Positions 14,406 to 27,067 of a DNA stretch of 64,000 nucleotides are shown piece by piece. Below the pieces are notes generated by a model. It was given only the letters and a program-made list of their open reading frames with translations. It was not told the DNA's origin and made no database searches. A program made the position numbers and the translations under genes. How positions within the stretch are numbered: the stretch's first letter is position 1; every line of letters starts with the position of its first letter. Source of the stretch: Paragordius varius (lineage: Eukaryota > Animalia > Nematomorpha); assembly GCA_964247055.1 (NCBI GenBank), contig OZ176052.1:11346001-11410000 (forward strand), given 5' to 3'.

Positions 14406-15745
14406 TCATTTTTTAGGACTAGTGTATGTTCCCATAAAAAGTATGCTTTGAGACGGTTCATGAAACAACAAATACATGAAGGGTCGATTGGCCCTAAAAT
14501 CAAAGTAAATGGGCATTGACATAGCCATTATGACACCGGCACTAGCTGCAGCGGCTTCGGTCCCTTTCTCATCGACTTCGATGAAAGTTTTGTGGAAAAT
14601 TTCGCTGACATAAAGTTTTTCGGCCAAATTCTTAAACATTCCGGTTAAGTCAGCATTTGAACTATAAAAAAGAAAATATTATATAAGGAAAGGCGATAAT
14701 AAGTGAAAAAATAATTTACGCACTCAAAAATATCAGTCAATCCCATAAGCTTAAAGATTTCTTTCATTTGAACATCGTATTCTATTTTAAATTTTGGGAA
14801 TTGAACATTGACGTTTTGTTCCCACCGTTCGAAAGTTGTAAAGTTTTGTAATAAATTTTTATCTAATTTTTGGACCAGCATCATAAGTTTTTTTTGCGGA
14901 GGTAGGATAGCGATTAAAGAAAAATTTTTGTTTTCATATGGAAGTTTCAAAACTTTTATTGGGTCTTCATCCGTAGATAAACCCGGCAGTGAGATTTGTT
15001 TATATAGAAATTTTTTCGATAACTCCATCATGTCGGTGTCCACATACTCGCCGTTATCTTTGATAAATGGAATACTTCGAGCCCTATAAAAATAAAAGAT
15101 TTATATTTACATATTACTATTATTATAATTAATATTAAAATCAAAATGGGATATTACATACTTTTCAAACGGTTTGGCCCAATTAGCTTTAAAGTACATG
15201 GCCGTTGTTAAAACTAAACGTGTCATGGCATTAAGCGTGCCTGCGGGTATAAGGTCTTTAATTTTATTTCTCGTCGCTTTAGCTACATCATTATTTATTT
15301 GTTGTTCGGCATGGGCGGCCATTCGTATGTAATCGAATTCAGTTAATTTTGTGTTAGGTAACTGTCCTATAAAGCTTTGGAAATCGGTATTGAGAGATAA
15401 CCCCTTTTCTGGATATATTCCATTGGCCGTGTCTATTGTGATGTTTGGCTCACTACTTAAATCCGAAATAGTATTAAATTTTTTCGCCACAGTATTCGAT
15501 AAGGATGTGAGATTATTAACATTAAAGTTATTGTCTTTGATCAAATTTTGCAAGGTAAGAACAGTAATTAATTGCTTTAAACTTTGATTCCTTGTTCCCG
15601 GGAGAATTAACATAAGCAAGCTAGCCAGGTTAAGCGGAGAAATTAAGACATTATTAGGGGAATTTCCATTTGCATTGCTATGAACCAAATTGTTTTGTGC
15701 CACCACAGTTTTAAATAAACCGGCGCTAAATTCAAAGTTTTCCAT
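14406..15745 (-). CDS. Serpin, inhibitory-type hinge, predicted P1-P1' Met-Ser; 3 coding exons (15745-15162, 15083-14724, 14661-14406)
   Basis: Motifs NVLISPLNL, LVLTTAMYFKANW, FPKFKIE, hinge EKGTEAAAASAGVIMAM-SMP and FRANRPF. Introns are 15161-15084 and 14723-14662 (GTGCGT donor). No signal peptide. Confidence 0.93.
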
Positions 15746-16114
15746 TGCTTTAAGGGAAAAGATAAAATTCTATATAAAAATTAAATAAAAATGTAAGTAG
15801 TAATATTGATATGTCGAACGATGATTATGAATATAAAGGATGTGTCATTTTAATCCAAACATTCTTTTTTTTGTAATGATACACACAATTGGATTATCTC
15901 CAAATATGTATGTATGCATCATTAAATAAAACGTAGTTATATTTTTTCGCAACGATAAATGGTGGTTAAAATAATTGTTTATTTACACACATGGCTTAAT
16001 TTAAGTATTTTTTTTATTTACAAACATTATATAAAATTGATTGATAAATATAATTTTAGTATACGTAACACGCAAAAAACCACTTGATCTCGTATTCAAA
16101 CTTTTAGCTATAAC

Positions 16115-17765
16115 ATGAACAATCCCTTAAACACAAAAAATGGGAATGCAGTTGACACCCAACTTTGTCAAAATCTTAATTCATTCAACTTTGAATTATT
16201 TTACGTGATTTCTCACATGTTGATCTCCAAAACCTCAAAGAAAAACCTAATAATTTCGCCATTCAATGTGGCTCAAGTTATTTCAATGATACTTGCAGGC
16301 GCCCAAGATGAAACATACGATGAGATTGTAAAAGTATTACAATACCATTCCTTATTGACTGGTAACAATAATAAAAGTGGTGATGATACTATCTATAAGA
16401 GTTGGAATGTCTTACTCACGGATTTGTTGGCCAAAAATGATATCAATAAAAATGGAAACAATCAAGCAATCGAAAATGCTAATGGAATTTATTTGGCCCA
16501 AGAATATAATTTGGTGCCTGATTATGCAAAACGCATTGACCATTATTTCCATGCACGTGTGCAAAAATTAGATTTTAATGATGTAACCGGCTCTGAAAAT
16601 AAAATTAATTCTGATATATCGGATCAAACTCATGGAAAAATTTCTCAAATATTACCAGCCAACATACTTACCCCAATGACAAAAATGGTTTTGACGAGCG
16701 CCCTTTACTTTAAGGGTGAATGGGAACATAAATTTGATTCAAAGTTAGTTGTTTTTGTGTGCATATAATATAAATTAGATCCTTTTTTACTTTTAATTTA
16801 TAAACATTAAATTTATATCCAAATAGCATGACAAAATTGTTGGATTTTCATGTTGCATCGGATGAAACTATTAAAGTAAACATGATGCAAGGTCTGCATA
16901 AAGGCCTAATAGGCGATTGGAAAGATCATCAGGCATTACTTTTGTCTTATAAAATGCCCGATTATTCGATGCTCTTAATATTACCCAAATCTGGTCAAAT
17001 GCAAAATCTTTTGAGCGATTTAAAGGAATTGCATTCAACCGTTGGAGACGGTAATTGTGGGATTAGACAAATTGTTGATGAATTGCACAGTATTGAAAAA
17101 ATTAAAATATCCATCCCAAAATTCAAAGTAAGTTATGAAACGGAATTGAAAGAAGCCTTAACGAAGCTCGGAATTCTTAAAATGTTTAGGTAAATTATGT
17201 TATTTTGTTTTGTGCCCTTTAATTTTAATATAATCGCTTAAGTGACTTTTTTTTACAAAATATCGCATTTATCAATTAAATGATTATACCGTATATTGAT
17301 ATATTTTTTTCTGATTGAACTCAAAAAAAAGCAAAGTATAATCTACTTTCCTTTTTTAAAACACTATAAAAATGGTTTAGCCGAAACTTAATCCATACTT
17401 TATACATTCTAATACCTTGACCAATAGCTATTTATTCGTTTATATAGAACCATTAAATATATATTTGGTGCTTATAATATTAATTCTTTATAAAACTCAA
17501 TTGAAAATTATTTTTTAGTCATCATGCAAATCTACAAGGTATGATTCAAGACGCTGAAACCGCATATGTTAGTAAAGTTTTCCACAAAGCTACCCTGGAA
17601 GTCAATGAGGAAGGGAGCGAAGCAAGTGCGGCCACTGCAGGAATCATCAAAGTCAGGGCTTTGCCTATCCCACACGAGTTTAATGCTAATCGACCTTTTA
17701 TCGCCTTCATTTTATTCAAGGGAACAATTCTATTTTCTGCTTTAATCACCAACCCAAACAATTAA
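16115..17765 (+). CDS. Serpin, inhibitory-type hinge, predicted P1-P1' Arg-Ala; 3 exons (16115-16743, 16827-17189, 17519-17765)
   Basis: Motifs NLIISPFNV, MVLTSALYFKGEW, IPKFKVS, hinge EEGSEASAATAGIIKVR-AL and FNANRPF. GT-AG introns are 16744-16826 and 17190-17518. No signal peptide. Confidence 0.93.
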
Positions 17766-17936
17766 AATTTACAATTACTCTGATTTAATATGATTTCTGA
17801 ATTTATTTATTTATTTACATTATTATAATGTATTATATGAGTATCCAATCGTGTTATGATTGTGAGTCCATCATTTTGTGAACTTAGCCTTAGTTATAAA
17901 ATTTAAATAATATATGGTACTATATTATATTTTATT

Positions 17937-19836
17937 CTACATACAAGCCATTATTTTAGCATTAGGGAAAATGTAAAAGTTAATTGAATAAGGAGGTAAA
18001 TAAAGGGAAATGCTTTGGTGAGAATCTATGTGATATATCAATGGCCTAAGCTTTGGAAATGTTTGATATAAATTTGTTTCGGTATCAGAAAATTTTAAAA
18101 TTTCACCATTAAGATATACGCTGCTGGTTAATAAATCTTCAATTTTAGTAGGTACATTCTTGAAATGTTCATCTATTTCGTTAATTGATAATCCACTCAT
18201 GTTATTAGGTGTTGCTGTTAAGTGATACGCTTCTACCAAACTCCCTAAGTTTTCCTTTATGGGGTTATATTGTGCCGACAATTGTATAATCGCTGTGTTA
18301 GGGTCACTTTTTAAATTCATACCATAAATTATTATAGGTGACGTTTCCTTATTATCGTTTAGATATCCATTGTTTATAATACGGTTTTGTAGGGGTGTTT
18401 TGGCACAATGGCTGTACAGTCTAAGGAAACCAGAATCCAGGCCAAAAGCAGTTTCAACATTCAATAATCCAAGGACACGAGTCCCCACAAAACGTTTAAA
18501 AAGTGCAGCTACCCAATATGTGGGATTGGGTTTAACCTTAACATAATCTATGAGCCCGTAATTGCCCATAATTAGACTTTGGCGAAAAATAGCGCTAACT
18601 CCTCCAACGGCTGATAGACCCAATTTATCTACAAGCATAAAAACCGAAATAAATCTTGATTATACGTGAGTACGAAAGTGCCGTATATAGGACACAAAAT
18701 TATTTTATACAAAAGGGTACGCCAAATATTTACCTATCTGTCATGTTTTTAGTTCCGCCCCCAAAAGCCGACCCGGTTTCACTCAACCACTTAATGGGAC
18801 CATATGAAGATGTTGAATTAAGTGTATTGGCATATCCCAATTTTAGAATTTTATGTAGAATAAATATATCATTACCAAACGTATCTAGAATCATTGGATC
18901 AACGAAATCTTTCATTGTAGCAAATCGTCCATTGATGTAATAATGGTGCCATGAGACAATATCTGGAAGGCTTGTGTTATCGTATTGATAGTATTTCTTC
19001 AACTCGTCCAAAAAATTGGTTAAATAGTGTGCCGCTGAAGTCTGTCGTATTTTTTTAGAGGGTTTGAAATTATCTTCACTAGCGCTGTCTCTATCTATGA
19101 TAACACTTCGGCTTAATTTAGTGACTTCTGGTCCAACTAATTTAGTGTCCTTATACATTGGATATTTTGGTAAAACAAATTTTTTCATCTGATAATAATA
19201 TTTGGCTAACAAATTAGGTGTCAAATAATCAATAAACAATTTTTTAGGTATATTATTGGCTTCATTGGAGAGTTGAAATGCTGCTATATTATAGGCACGT
19301 CGCTGCGAATACGTCAAAAAATCATGTATGTTTTGAATGTCCCAAGCAATATTTTGGCTCGAAAGCGTTGGATTAAAATCGTTCAAGACATTAAGAGTGA
19401 AAACAAGTTTCCAGCCTAAACCCTTAGCAAACCGGACAATTTGATCCCACACAATAGGCGTCAACATTATATCCTTTACGTTCCAGCAATCAACTTCATT
19501 GTTTTCGATACATTTGTACACTGGTTCCGTTTCATTCCAATAAAACTTGACGATGTTTGAATAAGAGCCGCCGAATCTGAAATAGGATTCGGAACCCAAA
19601 TGTCGGCATAAGCGGATAAAGGATGCATCATCCAATATAGTTTCTCCATTGGGAATATAAGTACGTTTTGTAATAAAACTCGAATCTAGCGTGAAACTTA
19701 AAAATTCAGGTTCCACTATGTGTTTAACTTCATGGCCTAAGGTAAAAACGTTTTGTTTCGCTAATCCGACCGAAAACTTTGAATGTGTTATTATTGCCAG
19801 ATAAACGAGGATCCACCGAAATTTTTGAGAAAACAT
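17937..19836 (-). CDS. HPSE: Heparanase-like endo-beta-glucuronidase (GH79); 2 exons, intron 18655-18733
   Basis: FLSFTLD and RFGGS motifs; acid/base LSNEAN (cf. GNEPN); nucleophile WLSETGSAFGGG (cf. WLGETSSAYGGG); WHHYY; DKLGLSA...RQSL..GNYGL...PNPTYW. The 79-nt intron joins the two ORFs in frame (TDR/FISVFMLVDKLG). Hydrophobic N-terminus from the ATG at 19836. Confidence 0.9.
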
Positions 19837-21221
19837 TTCCAAATCTTTATTCAAATAATTCCAAAATAACGACAATTAATAAAATAATTGTATTGTTTGA
19901 AAAAATTAATGAATATACATCTAACATCTATTTGAGTGGAGGATATTTATTTGTTTAATACTTCCCTATTTATACTACATTCGTACGCTTTATCACGACA
20001 ACGATAAAATGAATTTTAGACAATATGGTAACAGGATGTGTACATTTTTATTACTTTTTTTGCATTACTGTACTTACTAAAATTATGTAAAAAGGAAAAT
20101 CGATAAAACTTTCCTTGATCATAAATTATTACGTTTGTTTTTAAAAAAATTTGCCTTATTATTATTGGGTTAAATTAAAAGTATTTACTCTATTATTTTA
20201 AATTGTTAAACAAACAAAACCTAATATAGGTTAAATTTATTATTATCGTATATGACTCAACTTTAAAAATTGGTTTTTATGTAAAAACAATTAGTCATTC
20301 CTACCAATTTTACGAAAATATCAATTAAGTTTAGCAAAAAATTCTCTCAATTATTTCAGTAAAATCAACCCTTAAACATACTTTAAAAGCCAAACATGGA
20401 TACCAAACCACTATTTAACGAAATCCAGTAGTTTTTTACTGTAGAACAACCGCCCTTTAAGAAAATTAAATTTTTCGTTATTTACCTTATTTTTACAATG
20501 CATTTATTTAATTTGAATAATAAAATATATATTTCATTTTTTCAAAAAAGCAGTATACAATAAATTTTTTGTGGCTTATTTGCTTATATTGGTGTTTCTA
20601 TTGATAGATATTGTACTGTAAATGTAAAAATTAAGCGTGTTAAACCATTTAAACAATGTTAAAATTTACTACGTAGCATTAGAAAGAATTTTATTGCATT
20701 TTTTAAAAAAGACACTCATATTTTTTGAATATTAAATCTGTGGCTAAATAAAGAATAGAGATGTAAATTGGTAACGCAAAGCTTTGTCTTTATAATTTTA
20801 ATTTTATGAACACTAAGAGATAAAAATAACCGAAACTGGTTAAAACATCCCGTTTATCTTGAAAATGTGTACAAGAACCAGAACCGATTTAACCCTTTGT
20901 GAAACCGAAACCATGAACTCTTCGAGAATATATTTTTTTTATAATTTTTTTAACAATGCTAATTTAAGATTTTAATGTAATATTTCAGAAATAATTAGAA
21001 CAGACAAAATAAAGTTTTGATTTTTATGTGTTGATAATTTTTACTATTTATTCAAATCAACGCAATAAGGGTGTCTGTAATTTTAAAAAACGAATTAATC
21101 ATATATTTAACCAAAAGACACAGGGAGCAGAAATACCTTTTTTCGTGAAGAAACTCTTGGTGAAATTATTGGACCCGACCGTTTTTTAATAAAGGGATGG
21201 ATTCAGTTTTAACAGTGCATA

Positions 21222-22822
21222 CCACCTGTAGCCATAGGTTTCCAAGTTTTTGGTAAAAACACAAGTAATTTTGATAGAAAAAATTTATTATATGTAAAAT
21301 ATTGTCCATCGGCTTCTGCACATTTCTTACGTAATATAAAATTTCGTGCCAGAAAAACTATTGTCTTTTGCGGAAACCATTCATTAAGCCATTTCCAACG
21401 CCTTTGAAATTATTGAAGTGTTGCTGTGCAAGGGTGTGCCCCATTGATGCAAAGTTGTATTAGTCAGACGGCCAGGTCAGGAGAGTTCAGGGAGGTCGAA
21501 GAATTCATCGAAGCTAATTTACGGTGTCTTTTATTAGTATTTCCGTGGACGGAGCATGGTCATGTAGCAAAATCACTTGGTATGTCTGGCCTATTCCGGT
21601 TGTTTAACAATTAATGCATGATTGGCGAAATAGTGTTGCTTGACAACAGTTTTACAGGGTTTCAGAAGGTCATAATACACATTTTTGCTGTCACACAGAC
21701 ACTGAGTATAGTTGTTTTTAGAACGTTTGGCATTGGTGTTGATGGACCGGCTTAGGAAGGTGTCTTCGGCTTTACAGGCCCAATTCGAATAAAAATGATT
21801 TCTTTTGGTGCTGTTAGAAAACATTTTTCGATTTTCGATTCGGGGCTCATTCAAATTGTGTGTGGGGTGCATTTATCTATTATGGTCTATTCTATTGCTC
21901 GTAGGCATCTTTTGATTGTTATTTGTGATACATGTACAACCTCTGCCAATTATTATTGATAAGATGGGCCATCATTCAATAACTCTTGTACATTAGCGAC
22001 ATCACAGCTGTTTGGTCTACGAGGGCGCCTACATTCTTTCACATCACAATTAATATTTAAAAACCATGTTTTTCATGTGTTAATCTATTGAGCAGGTTCA
22101 CATATTTTACTAACAGCAAACGAAAAATCTCAACAGTAATTTTCTTCTGATAAAATAAAAGCGATACGTGCCGCAATGGTCTTTTTCAGTGACAATCACA
22201 TTACTGAATGAAAGAAAACGCTAGTTTTGGATAACTCAACTTGAAAAAAATGGTGTCTATATCGAATTAAAAGCCTACTTTTCATGTTAACATCCATTAC
22301 CTTTTTATTTTTTGGATGACATATTGGGGTAATTTTATAAAATTCAATCTTGTAAATAAACTACTGTTTTGAGCAATATTAGTTGAAATTTAATTATGCA
22401 ATATTTTTCTCCTGTATTAGAGCTTATATTTTTTACAGATTTGTAACTTTTAGAGTCTAAAACTGGGTCAGCTCCGACACACAGCTGATTGAAAAAGAAT
22501 TAAATATCAAGTTTTTCTGATAAAATGCAACCGGGAAGCTTACTAAAGTTATTTACATTTTTTAACCATATATAATTATTTGCCTATTATATTAGCAATT
22601 TAATCAAATTGAAAGAAAAAAGCAGCGGCAAAAAAATTTTGGGAGAGGATTTTTTACAATTTTTTATTTTTTTTAAATTTTTTGTGCATTATGCTTAAAG
22701 GCTAAAGTTAAAATTCTGCCGAATACCATAATACTTTGGATGTTGTACAAATCGCACTGGAAAATAAAACAAACTCCAAAAGGTCATGAAGTGTTCCGGT
22801 AATAACATGTGACTATACCTGA
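21222..22822 (-). mobile_element. Decayed Mos1-like mariner transposon, interrupted by a MITE
   Basis: Frameshifted transposase: VYYDLLKP, LLHDHAPS, SPDLA(P)SD, FASMGHTLAQQHF (Mos1 FASMGHALAEQRF), KCAEADGQYF. Degenerate TIRs at 21222 (TA-CCACCTGTAGCCATAGGTTT) and ~22796-22822. Confidence 0.85.
22287..22795 (+). mobile_element. Family A TTAA MITE nested in the mariner 5' region
   Basis: Starts TTAACATCCATTACCTTTT and ends GGTCATGAAGTGTT. Internal blocks are shared with 29861, 49862, 53850 and 55331. Confidence 0.75.
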
Positions 22823-23035
22823 TTAATGTGAAGATCGACTGGAAAACCTTGTGCTAATATCCTACCTTCTTTAATTGAACCTAACTTTATAAATTAATAA
22901 ATAGAACTAAAATTGATTATAAATCTGAAGTTATTTTTATACCAAAACATCAATAAATGCATAAGCAAACTAAAATTCTAGTCATTGATGATCAAATTTA
23001 TTGTGTAAGCTATAAACTTATATATATTAAAATTA

Positions 23036-24073
23036 CTAGCGTAAATCTCGTGCTGCTACGCAGCCCGAGGAAGTCCTTCGGACTTCTGGGGGGGGGGGGG
23101 GCTATTGGAAAAACGGAACAATAAAATGAGCCACTTCGAAACATTATTTAATAGATATGATTTTATAGGAATTTTAAAACGGAGCATTCATACTAATATA
23201 TTGTTTAATTGGGGGATGTGGACTTTTTAAAAATGCCATTTTACGGGGGGAGCGGGTAAAAATAGGGACTAAATCAAAAAAGCGAGACGACTATGTTCGG
23301 CGCAATCGAAAATAAGTAAACAAAAATCATATTTAAAATTGAATGGACCAACACGTTCTCCAGAAAATTGTCTCAAAGACACGATTTTTGTGGACTTATG
23401 TTTTGAAAAAAACCGTTTTTCACACGGGGTGGGCCCAAACTGGGGGCCTATTTTAAAAAACGGGCGAAGCTATTGTCGGGGAATTCAATAATGATTATAT
23501 TTTTTAGATATTTGGATTTGATTGGGTTCACCAGTTTTCCGGTAACAGATCACAAAGTTACATGAGGAATCAGTTTTTAACGGGTAGCTCCTTACCCAGC
23601 AGCTATCATCAAAGAAACGCTTGACTAAAATTTTTGCCTTTTAACAGGGAATACGTGGAATCCATAGGTCTCATACCTAGGGCGAAAAATAGATTTAAAA
23701 AATTATTTTTGTGGACTTTGTTTTTTGAAAAAAATGGCATTTTACGGGGGGAGCGGGTAAAAAGAGGGCCTAAATCAAAAAAGAGACTCGACTATGTTCG
23801 GCGCAATCGAAAATAAGTAAACAAAAATCATATTTGAAATAGAATGGACCAACACGTTCTCCAGAAAATTGTCTCAAAGACACGATTTTTGTGGACTTAT
23901 GTTTTCAAAAAAAAACCGTTTTTCACACGGGCCTATTTCAAAAAACGGGCGAAGCTATTGTCGGGGCATTCATTAATGATTATATTTTTTCGAAGTTTGG
24001 ATTTGAATGGATCTACCGGTTTTCCTGTACCAGATCACAAAGCCAGCATTTTCCATTTTTATAAATATATAGA
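23036..24073 (-). mobile_element. Non-autonomous Helitron with an internal tandem duplication
   Basis: The minus strand reads A|TCTATATATTTATAAA...CTCGGGCTGCGTAGCAGCACGAG-ATTTACG-CTAG|T. This gives a 5' TC, a 3' CTAG, a GC-rich hairpin (23047-23069) 11 nt from the end, and insertion between A and T. Direct repeats at 23218-23557 and 23711-24042. Confidence 0.85.
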
Positions 24074-24552
24074 TATCTAATATGTAGTTTTGCAATTAAA
24101 AATGCACCACTGGCTTATTTTAAATTAAAATAGTGCAATAGAAATTAATTTACTGAATAAAAGGAATCGATTCCTTATTTAATAAATATAAGGATCAGTG
24201 TAAAGTATATTTGTCTAATCATTTCAAGTTTAATTTTAATTGACAAATTATTTAAATTTTAGAAATTAAAATAACGAAAAATTAATTTTTCGTATGAAAG
24301 AAGAATCTACAATAAAAACTTATCAACATTTTGAACTTGGTATCTATTATTATATGCATTAGTATAAGTTCATTTTCTGATAAGCTTACACCTATATGCA
24401 TTCAGCTACAATAGATTTTAATCTTATTATTCTAGTTTTATAATGAAAATCTAATTTTAGGTCAAAATATAAAACTGTGATTAACTTTTACAGTAATGTT
24501 TTAAATTAAACGATATCTCATTCACATAAATAGTATCTAAATATTTTTGTCG

Positions 24553-26716
24553 ATGCATATTTCACATAAGTATATATCATATATTATTTTAAACTTTTTA
24601 TGTTGGCAATTTCATGGTGCCATAAATTATGAATCCAATATCATACCTAAATATGGACAGCCCTTGTTAAATGTCTCAAAAACATCAAAACTTGCCAAAA
24701 TGTTGGCCAGTGAAAAAAGAGTTCGGTTAAAAATAGATTATTCAGACAACACTTATGATCCAAGTTCCGATAATTCTCTTTCAACTGCTTCCCATCATTA
24801 TTCCAGGGTGCATTTTGCCTGTGATGGACGCAGTAACGGCGACCGTGACACGGTGAAAAAATGTAAATTACCAGCATGCAAATGTCAGGATGCTAAAATC
24901 CCCAATAACCTCCCGGTTGCACGAATACCCCAATTCGTTATGCTTACGTTTGATGATGCCATAAATTCAGAGAACTTTGATCTCTATCTAAATCTATCAC
25001 GGGCCCGTATAAATCCTAACGCTTGTCCAGCCCAATTCACATTTTTTGTCAGTCATGAATGGACAAACTATCAAATGGTAGCTTACTTGTATGATATGGG
25101 ACATGAGATCGCTTCGCATTCTATAACGCACAGAACACCTCAAACATGGTGGAAAGATGCAAGTGCTGCGGATTGGAAAGACGAAATAGCTGGACAGAGG
25201 AAGATAATTAGCGAATTGGCCAATATACCTTTGCAAGATATCAAGGGGATGAGAGCACCCTTTCTACAAATCGGGGGTAACCGTCAATTCAGCACGCTCC
25301 AGAACGAAGGATTCGAATGGGACTCTTCGCTCCCAACGCGTAAAAATGAGCCACCACTTTGGCCTTTTACATTGCATGAACCACCCTATGATTGCCAAAT
25401 ACCACCATGTCCGACTATGCCATTTGGTAATATTTTTTTACATTTTTAAACAAAAAAAATATAATAATTGTAAGGAGCCCTGATATGAAAGAGTTAATCT
25501 ATTTTGTTACCCTTATTGATTATTATTATTATGCGGACTAAAAAAACCTAAAAATACGATAAAAATGAAACAAACTCTCGGGCATAGTGTCCATAGGACA
25601 AATGATAATCTTTTTGAGAAATTAAAAAAATGTTTTTATGGATCAGATACTTTCTAATTTATAAAATATCAATGATATTTAGATATATGGGAAGTTCCAA
25701 TGGTGGATTACCTGGATAGCTATGAAAGTTTATGTGCTATGGTAGATCAATGTTCTCTCACCTCTGATAATGCCGAAGTTATTTTCGAATTTATGGGCGA
25801 AAACTTTTTGAGACACTACGCTAGTAACAAGGCTCCATTTCCCATTTTCATGCACTCAGCATGGTTGACCAACAATGAGGAACGGAAACGTGGTTTCTTT
25901 AAATTCCTTGACACGATAGCCAAATTAGAAGATGTTTACCTCGTGAGTATATCACAAGTTTTATCGTGGATAAAAAATCCGAAAACGATTGACGAAATGA
26001 AGGCCGTTGGTGAATCTCCTATTCACGATAACTTGGAAACAAAAGTTAGGGATTATTCATCGGATGCAAGGGGGCACCATAATAGAAAAGCGTCAATTAA
26101 ATCGGTCGTATATCCTTTGCCTTACAATGATATTCAAACCTTTGCACATAACAAAGTAAATTCTCACCAAACAGATTTAGGCGCTCTAAAATCAACTACG
26201 AATTATAACGATAAGATGGACAATACTACCATTTTTATATTACCGAAAACGAATAAAAAAATTAATCGAAGCAAAAGAGGAACAGAAATGATCCCAGCCG
26301 CCGATGATTATGACATAGGAAACATTGATGATCGGGATTTCATAACACTTTATCCGTACTGTGGCATAGGTGTGCGAAAACCCCTATCAGTTACGCAATG
26401 TAAGGTCAAGAAATATACCGAATGCTTTTATCAAGGCAAATCGTTGTCAGTTAGTGGAACTGATAACAATGCAAATGATTCTGATCTTCTAACAGGATCT
26501 CAATCAACTTCTCATTACCTACAATCATGTGCCAAAGAATGTCCACTAATATATCCCTGGTTGTCACAACAGCCGAATGAAAACAATATAGTTGATGCCG
26601 ATGGAGAAACAAATAAAGACAACCACGGTGATAACGATTATTTGGATTATAGGAAAAGAAAATATTTTGAGGTAATTTATAATTTTATCGTTCATCTTGA
26701 TAATATTGAAAATTAG
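24553..26716 (+). CDS. Chitin deacetylase-like CE4/NodB unit 1 with intact catalytic motifs and a signal-peptide-like N-terminus; intron 25427-25682; stops at 26716 or splices on at 26671
   Basis: MLTFDDAIN (motif 1), EIASHSITH (motif 2), GMRAPFL, NPNACPAQFTFFVSHEWTNY, PLWPFTL, IWEVPM, APFPIFMH and C-terminal CPLIYPW. Confidence 0.9.
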
Positions 26717-27067
26717 CGTTAAGGCTTTTGGTCAATATTCCGTTGTGTCTTAATAATTTTTTTCCAATTGAGAAAGTATGGGTTAAAAATAAAGGTGTAT
26801 TTTAACAAATTTATCAATAAATACCAACTTCCAAAAAATTGGAGTTAGGCTGCATTTGAAGCAAAAACTAGATTTTCTTAAAACAATTTATTAAAAAATT
26901 AGCTAGAAAATGCTTTGCAAAAATGGTAATTTAGTTGAAAAAAAAACATTATACATATATTCTTCTATTTATTTGAGCAATGTTGAGCATCTAATAATAA
27001 TTGTTTTAATTAATAAAATATAATTCCCAATAATTGTATAAATGCGATCAAATATAGATTAAAGCAT

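Noticed and set aside
14808-17761. Antisense or overlapping ORFs on the serpins (14808+, 15351+, 16377+, 17546-) and similar ones on HPSE, CDA, VPS45 and SLC44
   Set aside because: They are shadow frames of real exons, with no independent motifs or splice support.
18638-18733. Programmed frameshift or pseudogene break in the heparanase
   Set aside because: A 79-nt GT-AG intron (18655-18733) joins the two ORFs and restores the conserved D-x-F...DKLG segment.
20820-20920. AACCG-rich repeat shared with 36290-36560
   Set aside because: Only short motif similarity (agaaccg..ttgtgaaaccg); no ends or TSD could be defined.
23634-24080. ORFs 23634-23816 and 23844-24080
   Set aside because: They lie within the duplicated Helitron body and show no RepHel or other recognisable motifs.
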